55,313 nt of DNA from a virus. The DNA is taken from the UHGV virus genome UHGV-0212866; one strand, 5' to 3'. Of the stretch, positions 1-7,639 are shown in pieces (position 1 is the first letter of the stretch; every line of letters starts with the position of its first letter). Both the position numbers and the translations under genes were made by a program. The notes under the pieces were generated by a model. That model made no database searches. It had not been told where the DNA came from and saw only the letters and a program-made list of their open reading frames with translations.

Positions 1-48
1 ATCGCGGTTTTTGTGAAAAATGCTGTTTTTCTGAAGCCGTATTGTACC

Positions 49-63
49 GACCACGGTTATATT
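49..63 (+). repeat. Cassette boundary repeat, copy 1 (GACCACGGTTATATT)
   Basis: The same 15-mer occurs at 1874-1888 and 2304-2318. Partial copies at 1325-1333 and at the window end. Confidence 0.9.
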
Positions 64-153
64 CTACTCCAAAAATGTGGAACTGTCAATGGCTTATTCC
101 AACATTTTGGAATTTCGGAACATTGCACAATTATTATGTTCCAATTTTGTGGA
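61..153 (-). promoter_or_regulatory. Leftward sigma70/A promoter of cassette 1 with three operators
   Basis: Minus strand TTGACA (89-84), 17 bp, TAGAAT (66-61). Palindromes TCCA-N6-TGGA at 68-81, 98-111 and 140-153. Confidence 0.85.
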
Positions 154-168
154 TTTCGGAGAAAACCA

Positions 169-489
169 ATGTTCATTACTGTTCTCGAAGAGCTTATCCG
201 GCAAAAGGGTATTACCTCCGCTAAAATGCTTTCCGATTTGAATATGAATAAAAGCTCTGTTCTGAATTGGAAAACGCGCGGGACAATACCGGGCGGCGAT
301 GTGCTTATCAAGCTCGCCGATTATTTTGCCGTCCCCGTCGATTATCTTCTCGGCAGAGAGAATGTACCTGCGCCGCGCGATGAGATAGCGGAGCTTTCCG
401 CATGCCTTACCGCAGAGGAACGGCGAATCGTCGCCGATTACATCCGGTTTCTCATTTCGCAGAGAAAGGACGCAGGCAGTGAACGATAA
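169..489 (+). CDS. XRE/CI-like HTH repressor, cassette 1
   Basis: HTH_3 pattern (MNKSSVLNWK..GTIPGGDVLIKLADYFAVPVDYLLGR). Start at ATG 169 after GGAG. Confidence 0.9.
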   Translation: MFITVLEELIRQKGITSAKMLSDLNMNKSSVLNWKTRGTIPGGDVLIKLADYFAVPVDYLLGRENVPAPRDEIAELSACLTAEERRIVADYIRFLISQRKDAGSER

Positions 490-895
490 CCTTTCATCGG
501 AGCAAATTGAAATTCTGCTCTATCTCTATGAGCATAAAGACAATCCTGTGAGCCGTGAGCAGTTTTACAAAAAGTTCACTCTCTCAAAAGACACGCGCCG
601 CGAGCTTCTTTCGCAGGGCTATGTCAAGGCGGGATATATGTCAGAGCCGATGGAGCTGACCAACAAAGGAATCGCTTGCGTTGAGGCATATCTCGCCGAT
701 AAAGAAGAGAAGCAATATCAACGCGGGCATGATGCCGATACTCTCAAAACTGCCCAAGAAGCGAATGAATACGCCAAAGAAGCGAACACAATTGCTCGTG
801 ATGCGAATAAGCGTGCCGATAGAGCAAATGTGATAGCAATCATCGCGCTTGTTATTTCCGTCATCGCGATTTTGGCTTCCATCTTCGTGCGTTGA
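479..895 (+). CDS. Hypothetical protein, wHTH-like N-terminus and C-terminal TM helix
   Basis: Overlaps the repressor stop. C-terminal hydrophobic VIAIIALVISVIAILASIFV. Confidence 0.7.
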   Translation: MNDNLSSEQIEILLYLYEHKDNPVSREQFYKKFTLSKDTRRELLSQGYVKAGYMSEPMELTNKGIACVEAYLADKEEKQYQRGHDADTLKTAQEANEYAKEANTIARDANKRADRANVIAIIALVISVIAILASIFVR

Positions 896-900
896 CGAGA

Positions 901-1293
901 TTACTTTTTCAGCAACTTGATGATAATCGCAGGGGTAGTAGCCGCTACCGCCGCGATACCGCAAACAAACGCGATGCACTTTAGCCTTTCAAGCGTATAT
1001 TTCAGAGTTATCTCTATATGCGACATGTAAAGCCCATATTCAATGGGGTCCATTGTTCTTGTTTTTTTCTCCCATTGAGCAACGAGCGGCGTATTGAAAA
1101 ACGAGGGATGCCACAATGCTTCTTCTTCTGTTTTCCTCTTGGTCTTTTCGCGCTGATTATCCTGCTTGGGATGTTCGGTTGTCTCTTCGCCTGTCAAGGG
1201 GGAGCGGTCATCGAGATACATGTTGCCTGTCAAGGGAAAGCGGCTTATGAACTCTGCATTGTCTGTAGAGGTAAAACGGTTCTCATTTTTCAT
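901..1293 (-). CDS. Hypothetical protein with C-terminal hydrophobic segment
   Basis: Strong RBS AGGAGGTG at 1306-1299, directly downstream of the cassette-2 leftward promoter. Confidence 0.65.
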   Translation of the reverse strand: MKNENRFTSTDNAEFISRFPLTGNMYLDDRSPLTGEETTEHPKQDNQREKTKRKTEEEALWHPSFFNTPLVAQWEKKTRTMDPIEYGLYMSHIEITLKYTLERLKCIAFVCGIAAVAATTPAIIIKLLKK

Positions 1294-1324
1294 TTTTTCA
1301 CCTCCTTTCGCGGTGGTGTACTGT

Positions 1325-1385
1325 GGTTATATTCTATCAAAATGTTTGACTGATGTCAAGCTAAATCAAACAAAATGTTTGATTT
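1325..1385 (-). promoter_or_regulatory. Cassette 2 degenerate boundary site, leftward promoter and operators
   Basis: GGTTATATT 1325-1333. TTGACA (1359-1354), 17 bp, TAGAAT (1336-1331). Palindrome AAATCAAACA-AAA-TGTTTGATTT 1363-1385 and repeat CAAAATGTTTGA 1338-1349. Confidence 0.85.
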
Positions 1386-1438
1386 CGTATACTTGCACAA
1401 AAAAGCGTTATTTTATTTGTTTAATATGCGGAGATACT

Positions 1439-1753
1439 ATGTCGTTTGTCCAGAAAATTGAGCGGCTGCTCGAAGAGCGCAATATCCAAAAGAAGAAAAT
1501 GCTCGAGGATTTGAACCTGAATATAAATACTTTTTCCGTATGGAGAAAGCGTGGGACTATTCCGAGCGCGAAGGTATTGCAGAAAATAGCTGATTACTTC
1601 GGCGTTCCGGTTTCCTCACTTTTTGACGATTCCGATACCCCCGCCACGCCTGCCGAACTGCAAGACCTGATAAGCAGGACGCGCAACCTCTCGGCAGAGG
1701 AAATAAAGGAACTCGACGATTATCTCAATTTCATTATCTCAAAAAGGAAGTGA
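1439..1753 (+). CDS. XRE/CI-like HTH repressor, cassette 2
   Basis: LNINTFSVWRKRGTIPSAKVLQKIADYFGVPVSSL. ATG 1439 after GGAG. Confidence 0.9.
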   Translation: MSFVQKIERLLEERNIQKKKMLEDLNLNINTFSVWRKRGTIPSAKVLQKIADYFGVPVSSLFDDSDTPATPAELQDLISRTRNLSAEEIKELDDYLNFIISKRK

Positions 1754-1758
1754 CCCTC

Positions 1759-1875
1759 ATGTGGCTTGGAATAGGCGTTCTCGGATTGGTAGTTGCAATG
1801 ATTGTCGGCTGTATCGCTTGCGATAAGTATATGCCGGATAAAACCGACACAGATTCAAAGCGTAATCAACCCTGA
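1759..1875 (+). CDS. 38-aa single-TM peptide (not in ORF track)
   Basis: MWLGIGVLGLVVAMIVGCIACDKYMPDKTDTDSKRNQP*. Its stop TGA is part of the next boundary repeat. Confidence 0.55.
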   Translation: MWLGIGVLGLVVAMIVGCIACDKYMPDKTDTDSKRNQP

Positions 1876-1888
1876 CCACGGTTATATT
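1872..1888 (+). repeat. Cassette boundary repeat, copy 3 (CTGACCACGGTTATATT)
   Basis: 17/17 identical to 2302-2318. Confidence 0.9.
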
Positions 1889-1999
1889 TTATCACAATAA
1901 CTTGTGAATGTCAATTAAAAATCACAAGTAGACGTGAATTTCGTGCTATTGCACATATAAGGAATTGAATTTTTATGTATAATTCACAAGAAGTTGCGA
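1886..1999 (-). promoter_or_regulatory. Cassette 3 leftward promoter and operators
   Basis: TTGACA (1914-1909), 17 bp, TAAAAT (1891-1886). TCAC-N8-GTGA at 1892-1907 and 1922-1937, with variant TCAC-N8-GCGA at 1984-1999. Confidence 0.85.
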
Positions 2000-2295
2000 A
2001 TGTAATAAAAGCTCTTGCCAAAGAAAGAAATATCACCATTGGGAAAATGCTTGCCGAGTTGGGCTTGAGCATAAATACCATGTCGTCTATGCAATCGGGC
2101 GGCTTTTATCCGAGAGTTGAATCACTCGCAAAAATCGCCGACTACCTCGGCGTATCCGTGGACTATCTCCTCGGTCGGGATTTATCCCCCGTCCCCGAAA
2201 AGTCATCCGCTGTCTCGGCTCTTCTGTCCGAGCTGTCGGATAGCGAAATCGCCGATGTGGAGCAGTATATCCGCTTTATCATATCCAAGCGGTAA
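1975..2295 (+). CDS. XRE/CI-like HTH repressor, cassette 3
   Basis: LGLSINTMSSMQSGGFYPRVESLAKIADYLGVSVDYLLGR. Confidence 0.9.
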   Translation: MYNSQEVANVIKALAKERNITIGKMLAELGLSINTMSSMQSGGFYPRVESLAKIADYLGVSVDYLLGRDLSPVPEKSSAVSALLSELSDSEIADVEQYIRFIISKR

Positions 2296-2301
2296 CACTC
2301 T

Positions 2302-2318
2302 CTGACCACGGTTATATT
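2302..2318 (+). repeat. Cassette boundary repeat, copy 4 (CTGACCACGGTTATATT)
   Basis: Identical to 1872-1888. Lies 6 bp after the repressor 3 stop. Confidence 0.9.
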
Positions 2319-2409
2319 ATATCTCAATTCATCTCAAAAGTCAACGCATAAACCTCAATTATTCTCAATTTGTATGATTGCACAATTACATCACTTGAGA
2401 TATGTTGAG
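2316..2409 (-). promoter_or_regulatory. Cassette 4 leftward promoter and operators
   Basis: TTGACT (2344-2339), 17 bp, TATAAT (2321-2316). CTCAA-N5-CTCAA at 2323-2337 and 2354-2368, with an inverted copy at 2395-2409. Confidence 0.85.
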
Positions 2410-2430
2410 ATTGCACAAAAGGAGAGATAG

Positions 2431-2730
2431 ATGTTTTTTGATACATTCTGTCAGCTATGTAAAAATAAAGGTGTATCGCCGAACGGTGCCGCAAAAGAGC
2501 TGTCAATTGCCTCCGGAACGGTGAGCGAATGGAAAAAAGGGCGCATCCCCCAAAATGCCACCCTACTTAAAATAGCCGACTATTTCGGCGTTTCTGTAGA
2601 CACCCTGCTTGAAGGCGAGGGCAATCCTCCCGAGGATGCCCGCCTTATATCCCTCATGAAAACTCTCACAGCAGAGGAGAAATCCGCGCTGGAGAATTTT
2701 ATAAACTATCTTATCAAGAAAAGGAAGTGA
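2431..2730 (+). CDS. XRE/CI-like HTH repressor, cassette 4
   Basis: SPNGAAKELSIASGTVSEWKKGRIPQNATLLKIADYFGVSVDTLL. RBS AGGAG. Confidence 0.92.
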   Translation: MFFDTFCQLCKNKGVSPNGAAKELSIASGTVSEWKKGRIPQNATLLKIADYFGVSVDTLLEGEGNPPEDARLISLMKTLTAEEKSALENFINYLIKKRK

Positions 2731-4217
2731 TGCCGATGGGCTGGTTTATCGGCATAGCATGTATCGCGGCTTTGCTAATCATAGTGGCACTCGGAGTAAT
2801 TTCAATAAAGGAAAATGCAGAGGAAACCGCCGCAAAAGAAGCCGCCAACAGACCCATGACAAGCTACGGCGGCAGAAAAATCACCGACACATGCGAATGT
2901 TGCGGCGAGCATAAGGAAACAAGGCTCTATCTCGAAAACGGAAAGACGGTGCGCGAGTATTGCAAAGCATGCGCCGATGCCGCAAGAGCCGACGGGTATG
3001 TTTCGCTTCAGGTTCTGAATGTGGTAAAACCCGCTCCGGACACTCCGAAAAATCCGGACAGTTCGTTTTCGCCGCCTGAACCGCCTGAAAAGCCCCGTAA
3101 GCGCGTCAAAATCAAAAAGGGTACAGTTATCGCCCTCTGCGTCGTCGGGGCAATTCTGATAGCCGTGGTAACGCTCACGGTGGTGTTCCGCCGTCAGATA
3201 TCGGGCTTTGTCTATGAAAAGACCGGAAAATGCTTTTATCATCAGCTATCTTTCAAGGATAATCACAGCATCACATATGACCAAAGGGCTGGTGACGCAA
3301 AATATCACGATATTACGCGCGATTTCATCTGCGACCGTTGCGGCGAAGAAATAATAGAAACCAAAAAGCAGAAACACAGCACTGATTATACATACGACAT
3401 CATTCATATAAAATCAGACGAAAAAACTCACACCTATAATAAACAAAGCCGCTGCCCCAAGTGCGGTCTCGTTTGCGAGCATGAAAATATAACCGAAGAA
3501 CATACCGAGTTCAAAAGCGATTATATTTACAGAAAAGTCGACAGCACTTCCCATTCCGTGCGCAAGCTTATAAGCTGCGCGTTCTGCGGAGTGTTTTGCG
3601 GCGAAGAAAACTATACTGAAGAACATAGCGATTATACATACAGCACGGTATATCTCAAAACCGACAGCAAGCATCATGTTATGCGCAAATATTCTTATTG
3701 CGGAAAATGCGGTGATGCCTGCGGATATGAAGATGTGACGGAGCAGCATGTATTCGGCTATGTGGAAACAGCACAGCCAACATGCACGGCTCAGGGCGGA
3801 AGATATAAGGAATGCTCAAAGTGTCACGAAAGAGAATGGAAAGAAATTGTTCCCGCAAGGCACACATACTATGCTTTGAACGAAGCCGAACGCCGTACAC
3901 GGTGCTCGCAGTGCGGCAAGGAAACAACCGATGTCTTTGCATTGAGAATCCGACGCGTTATTGAAGCGGACTATGTAAACGACCGAGCTTATGTCCACTA
4001 CTATGTAAAAACAAAGAATTGCAGCTCACAGACCGTTTCGGAAGTGAAAGCTACTATAAAAATCTATAATTCAAAGGGAAAAGTCATATACGACGATACA
4101 AAGGTGTGGAAACCCTCTTCATTCGCCCCGGGCACCGTCGCCAGTTTTGATTTTATCCCGCCGGACTTTCTGACCGATGTAAGCACATATTCCGTAGAAT
4201 ATGAAATCGTCAAGTAA
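2727..4217 (+). CDS. Membrane protein with repeated His/Cys (H..CxxCG..H) zinc-ribbon-like units
   Basis: Two hydrophobic segments and multiple CxxC repeats. Overlaps the repressor 4 stop (ATGA-type coupling). Confidence 0.8.
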   Translation: MMPMGWFIGIACIAALLIIVALGVISIKENAEETAAKEAANRPMTSYGGRKITDTCECCGEHKETRLYLENGKTVREYCKACADAARADGYVSLQVLNVVKPAPDTPKNPDSSFSPPEPPEKPRKRVKIKKGTVIALCVVGAILIAVVTLTVVFRRQISGFVYEKTGKCFYHQLSFKDNHSITYDQRAGDAKYHDITRDFICDRCGEEIIETKKQKHSTDYTYDIIHIKSDEKTHTYNKQSRCPKCGLVCEHENITEEHTEFKSDYIYRKVDSTSHSVRKLISCAFCGVFCGEENYTEEHSDYTYSTVYLKTDSKHHVMRKYSYCGKCGDACGYEDVTEQHVFGYVETAQPTCTAQGGRYKECSKCHEREWKEIVPARHTYYALNEAERRTRCSQCGKETTDVFALRIRRVIEADYVNDRAYVHYYVKTKNCSSQTVSEVKATIKIYNSKGKVIYDDTKVWKPSSFAPGTVASFDFIPPDFLTDVSTYSVEYEIVK

Positions 4218-4232
4218 ATCGGAGGTGAGCAT

Positions 4233-4784
4233 ATGAAAAACAGAAAAAACAGTATCGGGGTATTGAAAGCCCTGATGATAATCTGCATGGTCATCGGCGC
4301 GGTAGTGTTTATGATAGGACTGGGCATGGATACTGAAGAGAAACCATTCGCCCGGCTTTATATAACATACGGGCTTGCAGCCTTTTTAGGTGCTTTAGTT
4401 CCTTTCCTCTTTGTCTGTATAATAGATGATTTCACCGAGGAGGACGGAATAGTCGTTCATCCCGTGCATGTCGTGGAAAACCCGAAGGAAGCACCGAAGC
4501 CCGAAGTTCACAGCGGCACACTCAAAGTCCCCGATATCACTTATTATGAGGGCAAGCTCGAAATTCAGGATAAAACACTTTCGTTCCCCATATATGCCCG
4601 CTCCGCTACGGGACGCTTCTTCACATTGTATCTGCGCTTCTATGATGCACAGAATAACATGACAGCCGAGCACATAACGGAATTTGCCGCCAACCCTAAT
4701 ACAGATGTGTATAATCGCCGCACGGCAAAAATCACCAAGGAAGAAGCAGGCGACTATTCTTATTATACATGGTCGGAAATATGA
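4233..4784 (+). CDS. Two-TM membrane protein
   Basis: RBS GGAGGTG. Two N-terminal hydrophobic helices. Confidence 0.8.
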   Translation: MKNRKNSIGVLKALMIICMVIGAVVFMIGLGMDTEEKPFARLYITYGLAAFLGALVPFLFVCIIDDFTEEDGIVVHPVHVVENPKEAPKPEVHSGTLKVPDITYYEGKLEIQDKTLSFPIYARSATGRFFTLYLRFYDAQNNMTAEHITEFAANPNTDVYNRRTAKITKEEAGDYSYYTWSEI

Positions 4785-4855
4785 GGTCTTAAATGCCGAA
4801 TTTGCGGAAAATCCGCAAAATAAAAAGACAAGGAGAGGAAAATCCCTCTCCTTAT

Positions 4856-5005
4856 TTAAACCTTATTGTCCGAAATCTGCTTTATTTTCAGCAGCAGAAG
4901 AAAAATCTCACGCTTCGTAAGTCCTGCGGCAAGAAGCTTCTTCTCAAATTCGCAACGGTATTCGGTCTCATAAATGCTTGCTGGTCTTGTGGTTGTCTTT
5001 TCCAT
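4856..5005 (-). CDS. Small hypothetical protein (49 aa)
   Basis: AGGAG RBS before ATG 5005 (MEKTTT...). Divergent from the HTH gene at 5206. Confidence 0.45.
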   Translation of the reverse strand: MEKTTTRPASIYETEYRCEFEKKLLAAGLTKREIFLLLLKIKQISDNKV

Positions 5006-5205
5006 GGTTTTCTCCTTCTGCTTTATATTCTGTTTTATAAATTGCGGGCTTCGCCCTGGTTTAAGCATAGCATATACAGGGCGACTAATCAAAGCCCAAA
5101 TCATATTTCGAAATATATAATATTAACATATGCAATCAAATACGGCAAATTCGTGACCGAAAACGGTCTTTTTAAAATGCAATACAAAATAAGAAAGGAT
5201 GAAGA

Positions 5206-5757
5206 ATGGAAATACAGGGCAGAGATTTAAGCGCAAAGCTTAAGGAAATGAAAAACAAAAGCAATCTGTCAAATCAGCAGATAGCCGATATAAGTGCAAC
5301 ACCGCTCAGCACCGTTACAAAGATACTGAGCGGAGAAACGGAAAGCCCGTCATTTTTTACCGTCTGCGGAATAGTGCGTACATTGGGCGGTTCCGTGGAC
5401 GAAATGATAGGCATTCCCATAGATTCCGATAAAAGAAGTCAGAAGCCGACAGAGTATGAGATAATGCTGTGCGAAAAGCAAAAGGAAATAGAACGCCTAT
5501 CCGAGCTGCACGAAAGAGAGCTTGCAAATGTCCGTGCCGATAAGGACAGCGAGCTCATGAACGTCCGCAAGTCGAAGCGGCTTCTTGCTATCTGGTTTTC
5601 AATCACGCTTGCGTTCGTAATCATGCTTTTAGCCATTGATATTCTCAACGGCAATATAGGCTTTATCAGATATACGAATCAGTTCAGAAATCAGTCGGTC
5701 GCCGACGGCAATTCCGTTATGCAATATATCAAAGAATTTTTCGCAAAGGTGCTGTAA
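5206..5757 (+). CDS. XRE HTH regulator with coiled coil and C-terminal TM helix
   Basis: LSNQQIADISATPLSTVTKILSGETESPSF HTH. TM segment LLAIWFSITLAFVIMLLAI. Confidence 0.85.
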   Translation: MEIQGRDLSAKLKEMKNKSNLSNQQIADISATPLSTVTKILSGETESPSFFTVCGIVRTLGGSVDEMIGIPIDSDKRSQKPTEYEIMLCEKQKEIERLSELHERELANVRADKDSELMNVRKSKRLLAIWFSITLAFVIMLLAIDILNGNIGFIRYTNQFRNQSVADGNSVMQYIKEFFAKVL

Positions 5758-5762
5758 AAGAA

Positions 5763-6899
5763 ATGGCAGAATTTTATATTTCAAGTACAAAACATTCGAT
5801 AAGAGAACGCCAGACAAAAAACAACGGCAAGGTCTATGATGTCGTTTTCCGCATAACCGATAAATTCGGTAATGTGGCGCAGAAGAAGCTCTCCGGCTAT
5901 AAAACCAAAGCACTTGCGAGAGCCGCCCATGCGAAATTCATTACGGAGCATTGCGAGGTCAATAAGGAAAAGGCACGCCCCCAGAAAACCGTCAATCCCG
6001 AAAAGGAAACACCCACCGTCGGCGAGCTCGTCCCGCTCTATCTCGCATCTATTCAAAACCAAAATAAACCGTCTGTTGTCTATGGCAAAAAGACAGATTA
6101 TGATATCTATCTCCTCCCCAAATACCAAAACAGCAAAATTACAGCCCTCACAAAGGAAGAAATGTACCGCTGGCAGGATGAGCTGTGGGCAACGCGAAAT
6201 CCCCGCACAGGCGACTTCTATTCGTATTCCCGTCTTGTCAATATAAGAGTACGTGTCAATGCGTTCCTCGCATATTGTGAGAGCCGCTACGGATATAAAA
6301 ACTACCTCGCTGAAATCCCCAAGCCCAAACGCCGCGCACCCAAAGCTCCTATGCTCTTCTGGACAAGAGAAGAATTTGATAAATTCATCGCAACAGTCGA
6401 CGACCCGAGAATGCACTGCCTCTTTACCATGCTATTTTTCACGGGCAGAAGAAAAGGCGAAATCTTTGCTCTTACTCCCGAGGATGTCAAACCTGATAAA
6501 TTACTTATATCAAAGTCCGTTACGCGCCAGACACTGGACGACAAGCCGTATCAGATTACAAGCACTAAGGCGGACAAGGTTCACGAAATCCCGCTCTGCC
6601 CTATCGTGCAGGAGGAGCTCAAAAATTATAAAGGCGAAACCCCGTTCTTCTTCGGCGGTGATAAACCTATGCCCCCTACTTCCGTTACCCGCTATTTCGA
6701 AAAGCATATCGCTATGGCAGGCGTGAAACGTATCCGCATCCATGACCTCCGCCATTCGTTTGTTTCCATGCTTATCCACCTCGGAGCCAATTATACCGTC
6801 GTTGCCGACCTCATAAGCGATACTCCCGAGCAGGTTACTAAGACATACGGACATATGTACGACGAGGATAAACTCTCTATACTTTCCCATCTTAAATAA
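5763..6899 (+). CDS. int: Phage tyrosine integrase with arm-binding domain
   Basis: N-terminal GYKTKALA arm domain, TGRRKGEI, HDLRHS and TYGH catalytic motifs. Adjacent to attP. Confidence 0.95.
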   Translation: MAEFYISSTKHSIRERQTKNNGKVYDVVFRITDKFGNVAQKKLSGYKTKALARAAHAKFITEHCEVNKEKARPQKTVNPEKETPTVGELVPLYLASIQNQNKPSVVYGKKTDYDIYLLPKYQNSKITALTKEEMYRWQDELWATRNPRTGDFYSYSRLVNIRVRVNAFLAYCESRYGYKNYLAEIPKPKRRAPKAPMLFWTREEFDKFIATVDDPRMHCLFTMLFFTGRRKGEIFALTPEDVKPDKLLISKSVTRQTLDDKPYQITSTKADKVHEIPLCPIVQEELKNYKGETPFFFGGDKPMPPTSVTRYFEKHIAMAGVKRIRIHDLRHSFVSMLIHLGANYTVVADLISDTPEQVTKTYGHMYDEDKLSILSHLK

Positions 6900-6954
6900 C
6901 CGTATACTTTACCATCTCAAATAATACCTCCGTAATGCCTCCTCCCATCTTCAT

Positions 6955-7203
6955 TTTGTTACTTTTTTGTTGCCATCTCTAAAAAGCCACAATATATTGT
7001 ATGCGACATTATAAAATCATCTGCATATTGTATGATTTAAGTTCCCGTCGCCCGCTCCATTAGGGCTATACTACAAGATATTGTGGTTTAGCCCTATTTT
7101 TATGCTGTCTATTGTGGTTTGACACTATTTCTCTTTTTCCAGAAATTTCCATTATGAATTGCTACGAAACACATTTCTGCAATTTGTTACCACGATTTGT
7201 TAC
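6955..7203 (+). other. attP: tRNA 3'-end-like core with paired arm-type repeats
   Basis: Core TTCCCGTCGCCCGCTCCA 7042-7059 resembles a tRNA-Gly 3' end. TTTGTT(A/G)C pairs at 6955/6966 and 7183/7196. Confidence 0.75.
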
Positions 7204-7639
7204 TATTTTTTTATGGTTTCCTTGAACCGTTTTAAGGAACGAGAGGGCGTGAAGGGCTGCTGATAGGGCGGATGCGTCCGGCTCGCCCCTTTGCAGTCGG
7301 AAAATACCCCCCTATCCCGCGCATGTGCTAATATAATTACTAATTATCAAAGCATATAACGCCGCTTTCGGGCTGTTTTTGCGTCCTCGGCTGTTGGCTT
7401 GCCTGCTTTGCTATTGTTAGTTGCTTTTTGCCTGTCTCGGGTTTTGCCGCGCCCTCGGCTGTATCGCGCGATATATGCACATGTGGCGCGCTTGGGGGAA
7501 TAACGCGCGCATGAAATCAGCTCTTCCCCCTTTCCGCCTCTCTCTTCCTCTCTCTCTTTCTCCTCGCGTCCTTGCCTCTCCTGCTCCTGTGCTGTGTGCT
7601 GTGCGGTGCCTGTGGGCTTGCGTGGCTGGCTTGTGGCTG

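Noticed and set aside
13..1438. Extended N-termini of repressors (ORF-track starts 13 and 1166)
   Set aside because: They run through the promoter/operator DNA. RBS-supported starts at 169 and 1439 match the other paralogs.
49..2318. Boundary repeats as a CRISPR array or integron attC sites
   Set aside because: Spacing is 430-1270 bp with whole genes between. There are no cas genes and no attC-style long imperfect hairpin, and GTTATAT does not fit GTTRRRY.
6896..6903. Inverted ACGGTTAT just after the integrase stop as a fifth site
   Set aside because: Only 8 bp, which is expected by chance in 55 kb, and it has no promoter/operator architecture.
7042..7059. tRNA gene
   Set aside because: Only the 3' 18 nt are present. 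There is no D arm, anticodon arm or intact T loop, so it is treated as an att core.
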